The notes: generated by a model from the letters alone, not told the origin. A DNA stretch of 64,000 nt from Escherichia coli (GCF_009931435.1 NZ_CP043414.1), one strand, 5' to 3'. Shown: positions 32,226 to 44,196, numbered from the stretch's first letter. Program-made: numbers and translations.

Positions 32226-32246
32226 CCGCTGACACAGGTCAGCGGC
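32225..32246 (+). terminator. Stem-loop immediately after the cynR stop
   Basis: gccgctgac-acag-gtcagcggc has a 9-bp perfect stem. The following T-run is weak (tggaatt). Confidence 0.5.
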
Positions 32247-32253
32247 TGGAATT

Positions 32254-32315
32254 GCCTGATGCGCGACGCTTATCAGGCCTACGAGTTCAGTGCAAGGCGT
32301 TCAAGCCGCATCCGG
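32254..32315. repeat. REP pair between cynR and codA
   Basis: gcctgatgcgcgacgcttatcaggcctac ... agccgcatccggcat. Confidence 0.85.
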
Positions 32316-32345
32316 CATAAACTACGCTCGCTGCAACCCAGCCGA

Positions 32346-33629
32346 TTACCGTTTGTAATCGATGGCTTCCGGCTGCTCCAGATACACGGTGGTTTGTGCC
32401 GGTTGCGTGGTGGCAATCACCTTACCACCACGTACCGAATAGCGTACCGGAACCTGACGGCGCAGCGCATCAAACCCATTTTCAGCCGGCAGGATAATCA
32501 GGTTAGCGCTGTTTCCGGCGACTATGCCGTAATCCTGCAAATTCAACGTCCTGGCGCTATGGTGGGTGATTAAATTCAGGCCGTCGTTAATCTGCCCGTA
32601 GCCCATCAGCTGGCAAACATGCAGACCCATATGCAGCACTTGCAGCATATTCGCCGTTCCCAGTGGATACCACGGATCGAAGACATCATCGTGACCAAAA
32701 CAGACGTTAATGCCGGACTCCAGCATCTCTTTAACACGCGTAATACCGCGACGTTTTGGATACGTATCGAAACGCCCTTGTAGATGAATATTGACCAGCG
32801 GGTTGGCGACAAAGTTAATACCGGACATTTTCAGCAAACGGAACAGGCGCGAGGTATACGCCCCGTTATAGGAGTGCATTGCCGTGGTGTGGCTGGCGGT
32901 GACTCGCGCGCCCATGCCTTCACGGTGCGCCAGGGCGGCAACGGTTTCGACAAAGCGCGACTGTTCGTCATCGATCTCATCACAGTGAACATCAATGAGA
33001 CGGTCGTATTTTTGCGCCAGGGCGAAGGTTTTATGCAGCGACTCCACGCCGTATTCGCGGGTAAATTCAAAATGCGGAATCGCCCCCACTACATCTGCCC
33101 CTAAGCGTAGCGCCTCTTCCAGCAACGCTTCACCGTTGGGATACGACAAAATCCCTTCCTGCGGGAAGGCGACGATTTGCAGATCAATCCACGGCGCGAC
33201 TTCCTGCTTCACTTCCAGCATCGCTTTTAGCGCAGTCAGGGTTGCATCCGAAACATCGACATGGGTACGCACATGCTGAATACCGTTGGCAATCTGCCAT
33301 TTCAGCGTTTGCCAGGCGCGTTGTTTCACATCGCCATGGGTTAATAATGCTTTGCGCTCGGCCCAGCGTTCAATGCCTTCAAACAGCGTGCCGGACTGAT
33401 TCCAGTTCGGTTGCCCGGCGGTTTGCGTGGTATCCAGGTGAATATGCGGCTCCACAAACGGCGGTAAAACTAAACCTTGCTCGGCATCCAGGCTGTTTTC
33501 TGTTACGGGCATCACGCCGGATTGCGCATCAATGGCGCTGATTTTTCCGTCCTGCAGATGAATCTGCCATAGCCCCTCTTTGCCGGGTAACCGGGCGTTA
33601 ATAATTGTCTGTAAAGCGTTATTCGACAC
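32346..33629 (-). CDS. codA: Cytosine deaminase
   Basis: GTG start at 33629 followed by [15 protein letters not shown]. 427 aa with the amidohydrolase motif HIHLD. It overlaps the codB stop. Confidence 0.97.
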   Translation of the reverse strand: MSNNALQTIINARLPGKEGLWQIHLQDGKISAIDAQSGVMPVTENSLDAEQGLVLPPFVEPHIHLDTTQTAGQPNWNQSGTLFEGIERWAERKALLTHGDVKQRAWQTLKWQIANGIQHVRTHVDVSDATLTALKAMLEVKQEVAPWIDLQIVAFPQEGILSYPNGEALLEEALRLGADVVGAIPHFEFTREYGVESLHKTFALAQKYDRLIDVHCDEIDDEQSRFVETVAALAHREGMGARVTASHTTAMHSYNGAYTSRLFRLLKMSGINFVANPLVNIHLQGRFDTYPKRRGITRVKEMLESGINVCFGHDDVFDPWYPLGTANMLQVLHMGLHVCQLMGYGQINDGLNLITHHSARTLNLQDYGIVAGNSANLIILPAENGFDALRRQVPVRYSVRGGKVIATTQPAQTTVYLEQPEAIDYKR

Positions 33630-34878
33630 TGTTAGCCTCCACATGCGTCATTGCAGCTGTCGTTTTGCGATTCAAAATCGGGTTAAGGATCAGATAACTC
33701 AGCGCGCCACCTAATACCGCGTTGACCGGAACAATGCCCGGTAACCAGTGGCCTGCGGCAATCCCCAGCGTGACCGCCAGAATCGCCACCCAATTGACAC
33801 TCATCATACGCGTGGTCGCAAAGTGCTCATAGCGGCGACGGTTCATCAGAAAGTCGGCGATGATCACGCCACCCACCGGAGGAATAGCAGCCGAAAGGAA
33901 AGTCAGCCAGCCGACAAAATTGTTATACAGCCATAGTGCGCAGACTGTGCCGATAATACCGTTGATTACCGAAAGGGTTTTGCTCGACATACCGGTAATG
34001 TTGGCGAAACCTAAACCTGACGCATACAGTGCGTTATCATTGGTGGTCCAGATATTCAGCCCCAGCACCACAATCGCGGGCAGCAGCAAGCCCTGAGCAA
34101 TCATCACATCAGAGATATCCGCCATCCCCAGTGCCGCAGCGCCTGCCGCACCGAAAATAAACATCAACGAGTTGCCGAGGAAAAAGGCCACCATCGCCAC
34201 CAGCACCGCCAGTTTGGCATTGCGACCAAAGCGGACAAAGTCAGCGGTGAGCGTACCCGCACTGATAAATGACCCCACAACCAGCGCCAGCGCGACATTG
34301 AAATCTAACGGTTGTGCGGGAACGACCGCTTTTAATGCGTTCAGGCCGCCCATGTCGTTAACGGCCAGCCATACGGAATAACCGCCAAGGCAGGCAATCG
34401 CCGGAACCGCAATCACCGAAAGTACCGTCAGCGCCGAAATGCCAAAGAAGACGGTGACGGTCATCAGTAAACCGGAAACGGCAATCAGCAAATTAATATC
34501 CAGCCCGGTTGCCTTGCCCACCGGAATAGCAAACATCGCCACGCCAACACCGAACCAGCCGACCTGAGTGCCGCCCAGCAGCAGTGAAGGCAGCCATGAG
34601 CCTTTAACACCAAACGAGAAGCGAGCAAGAAGATGGGTGGTCAGGCCGGTTTTTGCGCCAATGTAACCAAGAAATGAAGTGTAAATACCGAGGAGAAGAT
34701 TACCGATGAGGACTGCGAGGAAGAAATCATGATAGCTAAGACCGGTTCCGAGAGTGCCGCCGGTCCACATACTGGCGGAAAAGAAGGTTAATCCCAGCAT
34801 GACGAACGTCAATGCCAATACCCCTTTCCGCGCCGACTGCGGGACTGGCCCCTGGCTAAAGTTGTTATCTTGCGACAC
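33619..34878 (-). CDS. codB: Cytosine permease (NCS1 family)
   Basis: 419 aa starting [33 protein letters not shown]. Confidence 0.97.
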   Translation of the reverse strand: MSQDNNFSQGPVPQSARKGVLALTFVMLGLTFFSASMWTGGTLGTGLSYHDFFLAVLIGNLLLGIYTSFLGYIGAKTGLTTHLLARFSFGVKGSWLPSLLLGGTQVGWFGVGVAMFAIPVGKATGLDINLLIAVSGLLMTVTVFFGISALTVLSVIAVPAIACLGGYSVWLAVNDMGGLNALKAVVPAQPLDFNVALALVVGSFISAGTLTADFVRFGRNAKLAVLVAMVAFFLGNSLMFIFGAAGAAALGMADISDVMIAQGLLLPAIVVLGLNIWTTNDNALYASGLGFANITGMSSKTLSVINGIIGTVCALWLYNNFVGWLTFLSAAIPPVGGVIIADFLMNRRRYEHFATTRMMSVNWVAILAVTLGIAAGHWLPGIVPVNAVLGGALSYLILNPILNRKTTAAMTHVEANSVE

Positions 34879-34944
34879 GAAATTCCCCCTTTTTGCTGTT
34901 TGAAACCCAAAAAATCCGCCGCATTCTATTCATCTGAAGATAAA

Positions 34945-34960
34945 AAGCAATCGTTTTCGT
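34945..34960. promoter_or_regulatory. PurR box upstream of codBA
   Basis: aagcaatcgttttcgt matches the PurR consensus ANGCAAACGTTTNCNT at 15 of 16 positions. codBA is an established PurR regulon member. Confidence 0.65.
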
Positions 34961-35032
34961 GGGGGGGGTATATTTTTTATATGGATGAATGCGGAAAAGT
35001 GGATAAAAACTTATTTGAGAAAAAATGGGTAC

Positions 35033-35392
35033 GCATGATAAGACACGCCTGCGTCGCATCAGGCATTGGTGCATGGTGTCGGATGCGGCGCGTGCGCCTT
35101 ATCCGACCTACGGTTCAGGCCTGTAGGCATGATAAGACGCGTCAGCGTCGCATCAGGCATCTGCGCACGGTGTCGGATGCGCCGCGTGCGCCTTATCCGA
35201 CCTACGGTTCAGGCCTGTAGGCATGATAAGACGCGTCAGCGTCGCATCAGGCATTGGTGCACGGTGTCGGATGCGGCGCGTGCGCCTTATCCGACCTGCG
35301 GTTCAGGCCTGTAGGCATAATAAGACGCGGTAAGCGTCGCATCAGGCATCTGCGCACGGTGTCGGACGCGCCACACAACACATCCGACAACA
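35033..35392. repeat. BIME array, four tandem units with a 94-bp period
   Basis: gcatgataagacgcg... recurs at 35033, 35127, 35221 and 35315. Each unit contains cgtcgcatcaggcat and gtcggatgcggcgcgtgcgccttatccgaccta REP palindromes. Confidence 0.92.
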
Positions 35393-35394
35393 CC

Positions 35395-37281
35395 TTACTC
35401 TTCCATCGCCTGGCGGATCTGATCCAACGACGCAGGATCATCAATAGTCGTCAGATCCCCCGGATCGCGTCCTTCACAAATCGCCTGGATCGTACGGCGC
35501 AGCATTTTTCCGGATCGCGTTTTCGGTAATTGCGAGACAAACCAGACGTGCGCCGGGCGACCAAAGTTGCCAATCTGGCTGTCCACCAGCGCCATAATCG
35601 CCTTCTCTTGCGAGTGCGCCACCTCGCGATCTTCCAGACTGTCGCTCTCTTTCGGAATGACAAACGCCACCGCCACCTGCCCTTTCAGCGCATCTTTCAC
35701 CCCAACCACCGCCACTTCAGCAACGCCCGGATGACTGGAGATACTCTCTTCAATCTCGCGTGTGCCAAGCCGATGCCCGGCAACATTAATCACATCGTCA
35801 GTGCGCCCGAGAATAAAGTGATAACCGTCAGCATCGCGGATGCCCCAGTCAAAGGTGGCGTACACCGGACGGGAAAACAGCGACCAGTACGTCTTCACAA
35901 AGCGGTCGTCGTCGCCCCAGATGGTCTGAATACACCCCGGGGGCAGCGGCCCTTCTACCACCAGCATCCCTTTCTCGTTGACGCCGCACGGTTCGCCGGT
36001 GACTTCATTGAGCAACTGCACGTTGTATCCATACATCGGCACGCCGGGGCTTCCCAGACGTGTCGGCCTGTCGTCCAGACCGCGAGCAATCGCCATAATC
36101 GGCCAGCCGGATTCGGTCTGCCAGTAGTTGTCGATGACCGGCACATCCAGCGTATTGCTCACCCAACTGGCAGTCGGCTCATCCAGCGGTTCTCCCGCCA
36201 GATAGAGCACTTCCAGCGACGAGAGATCGTGTTTGCGAATTTCAGCGGTAGGGAATTTTTTCAGCACGCGGATGGCGGTCGGCGCTGAGAACATCCGGCT
36301 AACCTGATATTTCTCGACGATTTTCCACCACACGCCGCAGTCAGGCCAGGTCGGTAATCCTTCGTAAACGATAGTCGCCATCCCCGCCAGCAGCGGCGCG
36401 TAGACGATATACGAATGCCCCACTACCCAGCCGATATCCGACGCACAGAAGAACACACCGCCCGCTTTGCCACCAAAAATGGTGTCCATTGAGGTCGCCA
36501 GCGCCACCGCATAACCGCCGACGTCACGCTGTACACCTTTTGGTTTGCCGGTCGTGCCGGAGGTGTAGAGAATGCAGGAGGTTTCGTTGGATTCCAGCCA
36601 CGCCACCGGCACCCGCGCGCCGATGTGCTGATGGCGCAATGACGCGAAATCGACATCCCGTCCGGTAACGCGCGCCATTTTCGCCAGCCCGCGATCCACC
36701 AGCAAAACGTGGCGCGGCTGATGCTGCGCCTGACTTATCGCATCGTCGAGCAATTTTTTATAAGGAATGATTTTGCCACCGCGCGCTCCGGCATCTGCCG
36801 AGACAATCAGCACCGGTTTAGCGTCATCAATCCGCGCAGCCACGCTGTGCGAGGCAAATCCACCAAACACTACCGAGTGAATAGCGCCAATGCGCGCGCA
36901 GGCCAGCAGGGTAATATGCGCTTCGGCAATCATCGGCATATACACCAGCACCCGATCGCCACGCTGCACGCCCAGTGAGCGCAGCATTGACGCCACCGCG
37001 TTCACTTCGTCATGCAACTGGCGAAAGGTAAAGGTGCGCTCTTCTTCTGTTTCCGAAGAGACGGCAATCAGCGCCAGCGCCTCTGGCTGTTTCTCCAGCC
37101 AGCGGTCGATGGCGTTGTGGCACAAATTGGTTCGGCCTTCACAAAACCAACGGGCAAACGGCGGATTGCTGTGATCGAGCGTTTGCGTAAAGGGCGTCTG
37201 CCAGTCAATACGCCGGGCCTGCTCGGCCCAGAATTGCTCCGGTTCGTTAATCGAACGCTGATAAAATTCGCTAAAAGACAT
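35395..37281 (-). CDS. prpE: Propionate-CoA ligase
   Basis: 628 aa with the AMP-binding motif YTSGTTGKPKG. Confidence 0.97.
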   Translation of the reverse strand: MSFSEFYQRSINEPEQFWAEQARRIDWQTPFTQTLDHSNPPFARWFCEGRTNLCHNAIDRWLEKQPEALALIAVSSETEEERTFTFRQLHDEVNAVASMLRSLGVQRGDRVLVYMPMIAEAHITLLACARIGAIHSVVFGGFASHSVAARIDDAKPVLIVSADAGARGGKIIPYKKLLDDAISQAQHQPRHVLLVDRGLAKMARVTGRDVDFASLRHQHIGARVPVAWLESNETSCILYTSGTTGKPKGVQRDVGGYAVALATSMDTIFGGKAGGVFFCASDIGWVVGHSYIVYAPLLAGMATIVYEGLPTWPDCGVWWKIVEKYQVSRMFSAPTAIRVLKKFPTAEIRKHDLSSLEVLYLAGEPLDEPTASWVSNTLDVPVIDNYWQTESGWPIMAIARGLDDRPTRLGSPGVPMYGYNVQLLNEVTGEPCGVNEKGMLVVEGPLPPGCIQTIWGDDDRFVKTYWSLFSRPVYATFDWGIRDADGYHFILGRTDDVINVAGHRLGTREIEESISSHPGVAEVAVVGVKDALKGQVAVAFVIPKESDSLEDREVAHSQEKAIMALVDSQIGNFGRPAHVWFVSQLPKTRSGKMLRRTIQAICEGRDPGDLTTIDDPASLDQIRQAMEE

Positions 37282-37320
37282 AATGCTCTCCTGTTGAACT
37301 TACGCCTTACCGCCGTTTAC

Positions 37321-38772
37321 TTAAATGACGTACAGGTCGAGATACTCATTGACCGGCATCTGTTCCAGGCGAGTTCTGTCGAGAGAAACCTCCAGAATGC
37401 GCTGCTGTTGGCGAGTCGGGAACTGGCGCGCGAGATTGATTTTGAATTTATCCACCAGCTTCGGAATGCCATCCTGACGGCGGCGAGCATGACCAATTGG
37501 GTACTCCACCACCACTTCTTCAAATCGCGTACCGTCGGTAAACTCAAGGGTTATGGCATTGGCGATGGCGCGTTTTTCAGGATCGTGGTAGTCAGCGGTA
37601 AATGCCGGATCTTCAAAGCAATTGATCTTCTCGCGCAGGGCGTCGATGCGTTTATCTTGCGCGACGTTGTCTTCGTAATCTGCTGCCGTTAAGCGCCCGA
37701 ACAGCAGTGGGATCGCCACCATATACTGAATGCAGTGGTCGCGGTCAGCCGGGTTATTGAGCGGCCCTTTTTTGTCGATGATGCGAATACAGGCTTCGTG
37801 GGTGCGAATGGTCACTTTTTCGATATCTGCCGCCGTTTTGCCTGCTGCCTGCATCTGTTCATAGAGCGTCATCGCCGCTTCAACTGCCGTCTGGGAGTGG
37901 AACTCAGCCGGGAAGGAGATTTTGAACAGCACATTTTCCATGACGTAAGAACCGTACGGGCGCTGGAAGCGGAACGATTCACCTTTAAAGGAGACGTCGT
38001 AGAAGCCCCATACCGGCGCGGTCAGGGCTGACGGGTAACCCATTTCGCCCGTTTTCGCCATCAGTGCCAGACGTACCGCGCGGGAAGTGGCATCGCCCGC
38101 CGCCCAGGATTTACGCGTGCCGGTGTTCGGCGCATGGCGATAGGTGCGCAGCGACTGACCGTCCACCCACGCCAGCGAAACGGCGTTGAGAATTTCCTCG
38201 CGGGTCAGGCCGAGCATTTCGGCGACCACGGCGGTGGAAGCCACTTTCACTAACAGAACGTGGTCGAGGCCAACGCGGTTAAAGGAGTTTTCCAGCGCGA
38301 TGCAGCCCTGAATTTCATGGGCTTTAATCATTCCGGTCAGCACCTGTTTCATGGTCAACGGCGCTTTGCCGCTGGCGACCGCGTTGCGCGAAAGCCAGTC
38401 CGCCGTTGCCAGAATGCCGCCGAGGTTGTCGGAAGGATGGCCCCACTCCGCCGCCAGCCAGGTATCGTTGAAATCAAGCCAGCGGATCATCGCGCCGATG
38501 TTAAATGCCGCCTGGACGGGGTCGAGCTGGAACTGAGTTCCGGGGACGCGCACGCCGTTAGGTACGACGGTGCCAGGAACAATTGGCCCCAGCAGTTTTT
38601 TACAGGCCGGGTATTCGAGAGCTTCCAGACCGCAGCCAAGGGTGTCGAGCAGGCAGTAATGGGCGGTGTCGTAGGCCACTCTGGAGCTGATTTCGTAGTT
38701 CATGACGTAATCGACGATATCAACGATTTCACGATCAAATTCCGGACGGATGTTGTTGATTTGAGCTGACAT
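37321..38772 (-). CDS. prpD: 2-methylcitrate dehydratase
   Basis: 483-aa MmgE/PrpD family protein in the expected prp operon order. Confidence 0.97.
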   Translation of the reverse strand: MSAQINNIRPEFDREIVDIVDYVMNYEISSRVAYDTAHYCLLDTLGCGLEALEYPACKKLLGPIVPGTVVPNGVRVPGTQFQLDPVQAAFNIGAMIRWLDFNDTWLAAEWGHPSDNLGGILATADWLSRNAVASGKAPLTMKQVLTGMIKAHEIQGCIALENSFNRVGLDHVLLVKVASTAVVAEMLGLTREEILNAVSLAWVDGQSLRTYRHAPNTGTRKSWAAGDATSRAVRLALMAKTGEMGYPSALTAPVWGFYDVSFKGESFRFQRPYGSYVMENVLFKISFPAEFHSQTAVEAAMTLYEQMQAAGKTAADIEKVTIRTHEACIRIIDKKGPLNNPADRDHCIQYMVAIPLLFGRLTAADYEDNVAQDKRIDALREKINCFEDPAFTADYHDPEKRAIANAITLEFTDGTRFEEVVVEYPIGHARRRQDGIPKLVDKFKINLARQFPTRQQQRILEVSLDRTRLEQMPVNEYLDLYVI

Positions 38773-38805
38773 TGGGTACGTTTCCTTCTTGTTATTCGTA
38801 GAGGT

Positions 38806-39975
38806 TTACTGGCGCTTATCCAGCGCGACAAACGGGCGGTCTTCAGGGCCAACATAATTGGCGGAAGGACGGATAATTTTGTTGTCCTGACGTTGTTCGA
38901 TAATGTGCGCCGCCCAGCCGGTGACGCGGGCGATAACAAACAGTGGCGTGAACATCTCGGTGGGAACGCCCATCATGTTGTAGGAAACAGCGGAGAACCA
39001 GTCGAGATTGGGGAACATCTTTTTGCTCTCCCACATCACCGTTTCCAGACGATCGGCGATGTTGTACATCTTCAGCGAGCCGCCTTCCTGCGAGAGCTGC
39101 TTCGCCACGCGTTTGATCACCTGATGACGCGGGTCAGCGATGGTATAAACCGGATGTCCAAAACCAATCACCACTTCTTTGTTTTCCACGCGCTTGCGGA
39201 TATCGGCTTCGGCTTCGTCCGGCGTTTCGTAACGTTGCTGGATCTCCAGCGACACTTCATTCGCCCCGCCGTGTTTCGGCCCGCGCAGTGCGCCAATCGC
39301 GCCGATAATGGCTGAATACATGTCAGAGCCGGTGCCCGCAATCACCCGGCTGGTAAAGGTGGAGGCGTTAAACTCGTGTTCGGCGTACAGCACCAGCGAA
39401 ATATGCATCGCCTTTTCCCAGCTTTGCGACGGCTTTTCGCCGTGCAGCAAATGCAGGAAGTGACCGCCGATGGAATCGTCATCGGTTTCCGGCTGGATGC
39501 GTTCGCCGTTGTGGCTGTAGTGATACCAGTAGAGAAGAATCGAGCTCAGCGACGCTAATAATTTGTCGGCAATATCCCGCGCGCCAGAGACGGTATGCCC
39601 CTCTTTTTCTGGCAGCGTGCAGCCGAGCGCGGAAACGCCGGTGCGCATGACATCCATCGGATGCGACGCCGCTGGTAAGGCTTCCAGCACGGTACGCACG
39701 TTAGCCGGTAAACCGCGCAGGGCTTTCAGTTTCGTTTTGTAGGCGGCGAGTTCGTCACGGGTCGGCAGTTTGCCGTGGATCAGCAGATGCGCCACTTCTT
39801 CAAATTCGCAATGTTCCGCCAGATCAAGAATATCGTAGCCGCGGTAATGCAGGTCATTGCCACTTTTACCCACGGTGCAGAGCGCCGTATTGCCCGCCGG
39901 AACGCCAGAAAGTGCCACAGATTTTTTCGGTTTAATGACATGGGTGCTGTTTTGCAGGATCGTTGTATCGCTCAT
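38806..39975 (-). CDS. prpC: 2-methylcitrate synthase
   Basis: 389-aa citrate synthase family protein. Confidence 0.97.
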   Translation of the reverse strand: MSDTTILQNSTHVIKPKKSVALSGVPAGNTALCTVGKSGNDLHYRGYDILDLAEHCEFEEVAHLLIHGKLPTRDELAAYKTKLKALRGLPANVRTVLEALPAASHPMDVMRTGVSALGCTLPEKEGHTVSGARDIADKLLASLSSILLYWYHYSHNGERIQPETDDDSIGGHFLHLLHGEKPSQSWEKAMHISLVLYAEHEFNASTFTSRVIAGTGSDMYSAIIGAIGALRGPKHGGANEVSLEIQQRYETPDEAEADIRKRVENKEVVIGFGHPVYTIADPRHQVIKRVAKQLSQEGGSLKMYNIADRLETVMWESKKMFPNLDWFSAVSYNMMGVPTEMFTPLFVIARVTGWAAHIIEQRQDNKIIRPSANYVGPEDRPFVALDKRQ

Positions 39976-39999
39976 GTTGTCCTCGTCATTGTTATCATT

Positions 40000-40120
40000 T
40001 GTAGGGTCGAGATTGTTGTCGGATGCGACGCTATGCGTCTTATCCGACCTACAGTTCAGTTCATCCCGTAGGCCTGATAAGCCGCGTCAGCGACGCATCA
40101 GGCATCGGTTGTCGGATACA
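40000..40120. repeat. REP cluster between prpB and prpC
   Basis: gtcggatgcgacgctatgcgtcttatccgacctaca and gtaggcctgataagccgcgtcagcgacgcatcaggcat. Confidence 0.88.
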
Positions 40121-40135
40121 ACCAAAGGGCGTTTT

Positions 40136-41026
40136 TTATTTCGCCTGGTTACGGGCAAACAGGTCGTCGAGCTTCTCTTCGTACTGGTAGTAGTTGATGC
40201 TTTCATACAGCTCGTTGCGGGTCTGCATGGTGTCGATGACGCTTTTCTGCGTACCTTCCTGGCGCAGGACGTTGTAGACATGTTCAGCGGCGCGGTTCAT
40301 GGCGCGGAAAGCAGAAAGGGGATACAGCGCCATTGCGACATGGGCGCTGCGTAATTCGTCGGTGGTAAACAGCGGTGTTGCGCCAAACTCGGTAATGTTG
40401 GCAAGGATTGGCACCTGCACTGCATCGGCAAACTGGCGGTACATAGCGAGTTCGGTAATTGCTTCCGGGAACAACATCTCGGCACCCGCTTCAACATAGG
40501 CCTGCGCACGCTCGATCGCCGCATCCAGCCCTTCAACCGCCAGCGCATCGGTGCGCGCCATGATCACAAAATCAGGATCGGTTTTCGCATCCACCGCCGC
40601 GCGGATCCGATCCACCATCTCTTCTTTCGAGACGATCGCTTTGTTCGGGCGATGACCGCAGCGTTTTGCTCCAACCTGATCTTCAATATGTAAGCCCGCC
40701 GCACCGGCTTTAATCATCGATTTCACGGTGCGGGCAACGTTAAAGGCCGAAGAGCCAAAACCGATATCCGCATCCACCAGCAGCGGCAGCGAGCAGACGT
40801 CAGTGATACGACGAATATCAGTCAGCACATCATCAAGAGTAGAAATACCGAGATCCGGCAACCCCAGCGAACCTGCCGCCACGCCACCACCGGAGAGATA
40901 AATCGCCTGATATCCGGCACGCTGCGCCAGCAGCGCATGGTTGGCGTTAATGGTGCCGACAATCTGCAATGGATTTTCTTTAGACAGTGCAGCGCGAAAT
41001 GCTTTACCTGGAGAGTGTAGAGACAT
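40136..41026 (-). CDS. prpB: 2-methylisocitrate lyase
   Basis: 296 aa, PEP mutase/isocitrate lyase family, starting [24 protein letters not shown]. Confidence 0.97.
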   Translation of the reverse strand: MSLHSPGKAFRAALSKENPLQIVGTINANHALLAQRAGYQAIYLSGGGVAAGSLGLPDLGISTLDDVLTDIRRITDVCSLPLLVDADIGFGSSAFNVARTVKSMIKAGAAGLHIEDQVGAKRCGHRPNKAIVSKEEMVDRIRAAVDAKTDPDFVIMARTDALAVEGLDAAIERAQAYVEAGAEMLFPEAITELAMYRQFADAVQVPILANITEFGATPLFTTDELRSAHVAMALYPLSAFRAMNRAAEHVYNVLRQEGTQKSVIDTMQTRNELYESINYYQYEEKLDDLFARNQAK

Positions 41027-41072
41027 AGCCCATCCTTTGTTATCAACTTGTTATTTGCGTTGATAAAGACAA

Positions 41073-41088
41073 AGCAAGGGGTATGCCA
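41073..41088 (-). promoter_or_regulatory. Sigma-54 (-24/-12) promoter of prpBCDE
   Basis: The minus strand reads tggcat-acccc-ttgct, which fits TGGCAC-N5-TTGC. It lies about 50 bp upstream of prpB. The divergent prpR encodes a sigma-54 enhancer-binding protein. Confidence 0.8.
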
Positions 41089-41197
41089 CAATTGCTTGAA
41101 TAAAATTAAATGTTTAATTTCAATTTGTTAGAGATAAAATCATGAAGTAATCCGCAAATATGCGTTTCAGTTAACGTTTCAGGCAATGTTTCTCTGC

Positions 41198-41221
41198 GTT
41201 TCATTGCAACAATTATGAAAC
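41198..41221. promoter_or_regulatory. Inverted repeat, candidate PrpR enhancer (UAS) site
   Basis: gtttcat-N10-atgaaac. Additional gtttca half-sites lie at 41164-41180. It is about 120 bp upstream of the sigma-54 promoter. Confidence 0.55.
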
Positions 41222-41264
41222 AAGACTAAACCCAATATTCGGTTTCTTAACTTTGCGGTGCGCT

Positions 41265-42851
41265 ATGGCACATCCACCACGGCTGAATGACGACAAACCG
41301 GTTATCTGGACGGTATCTGTAACGCGGCTGTTCGAGCTATTTCGCGATATCAGTCTCGAGTTTGATCACCTGGCAAACATTACCCCTATCCAGCTTGGCT
41401 TTGAAAAAGCGGTGGCCTACATCCGCAAAAAACTGGCCAGCGAACGCTGCGACGCCATCATTGCCGCTGGCTCTAACGGCGCGTACCTGAAAAGCCGCCT
41501 GTCGGTACCGGTGATTCTGATAAAACCGAGTGGCTATGATGTGTTACAGGCACTAGCAAAAGCCGGAAAACTCACCTCTTCTATCGGCGTTGTCACCTAT
41601 CAGGAAACCATTCCGGCACTGGTAGCGTTTCAAAAAACCTTTAATTTGCGCCTCGACCAACGTAGCTACATTACCGAAGAAGACGCACGTGGGCAGATTA
41701 ACGAGCTAAAAGCCAACGGCACCGAAGCGGTGGTCGGCGCGGGGCTGATTACCGATCTGGCGGAAGAAGCCGGAATGACCGGAATTTTTATCTATTCTGC
41801 CGCCACCGTGCGCCAGGCATTTAGCGATGCGCTGGATATGACGCGCATGTCGTTACGCCATAATACTCACGATGCCACCCGCAACGCCCTGCGTACTCGT
41901 TACGTGCTGGGCGATATGCTCGGTCAATCACCACAGATGGAACAGGTACGGCAGACTATTTTGCTGTATGCCCGCTCCAGTGCGGCGGTGTTGATTGAAG
42001 GGGAAACGGGGACGGGCAAAGAGCTGGCGGCCCAGGCGATTCATCGGGAATATTTTGCCCGCCACGATGCGCGACAGGGCAAAAAGTCGCATCCTTTTGT
42101 TGCCGTCAACTGCGGGGCGATTGCTGAATCTCTGCTGGAAGCGGAGCTGTTTGGCTATGAGGAAGGAGCGTTTACCGGCTCGCGACGCGGAGGCCGCGCC
42201 GGGCTGTTTGAAATCGCCCACGGTGGCACGCTGTTTCTTGACGAGATAGGCGAAATGCCGCTGCCGTTGCAGACCCGGCTGCTGCGGGTGCTGGAAGAAA
42301 AAGAGGTCACCCGCGTCGGCGGGCATCAGCCTGTTCCGGTGGATGTGCGGGTTATTAGCGCCACTCACTGCAATCTCGAAGAGGATATGCAGCAAGGGCG
42401 TTTTCGCCGTGATCTGTTTTATCGACTGAGTATTTTGCGTCTGCAATTGCCGCCGCTACGCGAGCGGGCGGCGGATATTCTGCAGCTGGCGGAAAGCTTT
42501 TTGAAAGTGTCACTGGCGGCACTTACTGCGCCGTTTTCTTCCGCGTTACGTCAGGGATTACAGGCAAGTGAAACTGTGCTGTTGCGCTACAACTGGCCGG
42601 GAAATATTCGTGAACTGCGCAATATGATGGAACGACTGGCGCTATTTTTAAGTGTGGAACCGACGCCGGATTTAACGCCGCAATTTTTGCAGTTGCTACT
42701 GCCGGAACTGGCGCGCGAGTCGGCGGAAACTCCCGGTCCATGCTTACTGACGCCACAACAGGCACTGGAGAAATTTAATGGCGATAAAACAGCCGCGGCG
42801 AATTATTTAGGTATCAGCCGAACGACATTCTGGCGGCGGCTGAAAAACTGA
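41265..42851 (+). CDS. prpR: Sigma-54-dependent activator of the propionate operon
   Basis: 528-aa form starting [19 protein letters not shown]. It has an AAA+ domain (GETGTGKE), the GAFTG loop and a C-terminal HTH. Confidence 0.96.
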   Translation: MAHPPRLNDDKPVIWTVSVTRLFELFRDISLEFDHLANITPIQLGFEKAVAYIRKKLASERCDAIIAAGSNGAYLKSRLSVPVILIKPSGYDVLQALAKAGKLTSSIGVVTYQETIPALVAFQKTFNLRLDQRSYITEEDARGQINELKANGTEAVVGAGLITDLAEEAGMTGIFIYSAATVRQAFSDALDMTRMSLRHNTHDATRNALRTRYVLGDMLGQSPQMEQVRQTILLYARSSAAVLIEGETGTGKELAAQAIHREYFARHDARQGKKSHPFVAVNCGAIAESLLEAELFGYEEGAFTGSRRGGRAGLFEIAHGGTLFLDEIGEMPLPLQTRLLRVLEEKEVTRVGGHQPVPVDVRVISATHCNLEEDMQQGRFRRDLFYRLSILRLQLPPLRERAADILQLAESFLKVSLAALTAPFSSALRQGLQASETVLLRYNWPGNIRELRNMMERLALFLSVEPTPDLTPQFLQLLLPELARESAETPGPCLLTPQQALEKFNGDKTAAANYLGISRTTFWRRLKN

Positions 42852-42852
42852 A

Positions 42853-42886
42853 ATGCCGAATCCAGCGCGAACGCCTTATCCGGCAT
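42853..42886. repeat. Degenerate REP-like hairpin after prpR
   Basis: atgccgaatccagcgcgaacgccttatccggcat. Confidence 0.5.
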
Positions 42887-42948
42887 AAATTTCAATAGAT
42901 GATCACCGATAAACTTACGCATCGGGCATGTTTACATGGGGTGCAGAA

Positions 42949-43224
42949 TTATTTCTTCTTATAAATATTTGCCGTGCCGTGGATCTTATTGTCAGTTTGA
43001 CCAGAGGTCAGCACCAACACATCTGCCCCTTTTTCATCCGCTTTTTTGATCAGATCTTCTTTCGCATCTGCAGTCGACATTTCATTACTGGTTGAAATAT
43101 CACCTATTTTTTCATATTGCGATGCAACTTTTTCAAATTCTGCTTTGGTCATTAATTCTGCGGCATAAACGTTGGTAACGGCAAACGCTAACGCACCGAT
43201 TAACATTTTAGAGATTATTTTCAT
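42949..43224 (-). CDS. yahO: DUF1471 (YhcN family) periplasmic stress protein
   Basis: 91 aa with signal peptide [21 protein letters not shown]. It is recognisable as YahO. Confidence 0.92.
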   Translation of the reverse strand: MKIISKMLIGALAFAVTNVYAAELMTKAEFEKVASQYEKIGDISTSNEMSTADAKEDLIKKADEKGADVLVLTSGQTDNKIHGTANIYKKK

Positions 43225-43408
43225 ATTACGGCTCCAGAGTTGTTATCAAACTATCACCCACCCATATTATTGGGTTGATTAATAATTAGTTCAGTCAGGG
43301 CATAAACGCCAGTAACCGGAAATAAGACACTTTGTGATCTCTCTCGCATCCGATTACTTTTTGTAGAAATATGATGAAGTTACTTCACTTATTTATGGAT
43401 GAAATCAC

Positions 43409-44041
43409 ATGGATCCCTTGCACGCCGTTTACCTGACCGTAGGACTGTTCGTGATGACTTTTTTTAATCCGGGAGCCAATCTTTTTGTGGTGGTACAAAC
43501 CAGCCTGGCTTCCGGTCGACGCGCAGGAGTGCTGACCGGGTTGGGCGTGGCACTGGGCGATGCGTTTTATTCCGGGTTGGGTTTGTATGGTCTTGCGACA
43601 CTCATTACGCAGTGTGAGGAGATTTTTTCGCTTATTAGAATCGTCGGCGGCGCTTATCTCTTATGGTTTGCGTGGTGCAGCATGCGCCGCCAGTCAACAC
43701 CGCAAATAAGCACACTACAACAACCGATTAGCGCCCCCTGGTATGTCTTTTTTCGCCGTGGATTAATTACCGATCTCTCTAATCCACAGACCGTTTTATT
43801 TTTTATCAGTATTTTCTCAGTAACGTTAAATGCTGAAACACCAACTTGGGCACGTTTAATGGCCTGGGCGGGAATTGTGTTCGCATCAATTATCTGGCGA
43901 GTCTTTCTTAGTCAGGCGTTTTCTTTGCCCGCTGTGCGTCGTGCTTATGGGCGTATGCAACGCGTTGCCAGTCGGGTTATTGGTGCAATTATTGGTGTAT
44001 TCGCGCTACGCCTGATTTACGAAGGAGTAACGCAGCGGTGA
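43409..44041 (+). CDS. yahN: LysE/RhtB-family amino acid exporter
   Basis: 210-aa membrane protein starting MDPLHAVYLTVGLFVMTFFNPGANLF. See the finding on the upstream out-of-frame start. Confidence 0.88.
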   Translation: MDPLHAVYLTVGLFVMTFFNPGANLFVVVQTSLASGRRAGVLTGLGVALGDAFYSGLGLYGLATLITQCEEIFSLIRIVGGAYLLWFAWCSMRRQSTPQISTLQQPISAPWYVFFRRGLITDLSNPQTVLFFISIFSVTLNAETPTWARLMAWAGIVFASIIWRVFLSQAFSLPAVRRAYGRMQRVASRVIGAIIGVFALRLIYEGVTQR

Positions 44042-44166
44042 GCAGATAATTTACTCTCTACGTAATCAACCTGATTTGCCGAATCCCGCTCATCGGCGAT
44101 GATACCCCCCGTAATGCGTGGTCCTTATTTCCGATAAGTTTACTTGAGTCTTTAGCTTCCCATTTC

Positions 44167-44196
44167 AGCCCACTCTCCCCTGTGTGGGCTTTTTTC
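44167..44196 (+). terminator. Rho-independent terminator-like hairpin with a T-run
   Basis: agcccac (44167-44173) / loop / gtgggct (44184-44190), followed by tttttc. It lies 125 nt downstream of the yahN stop. Confidence 0.6.
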
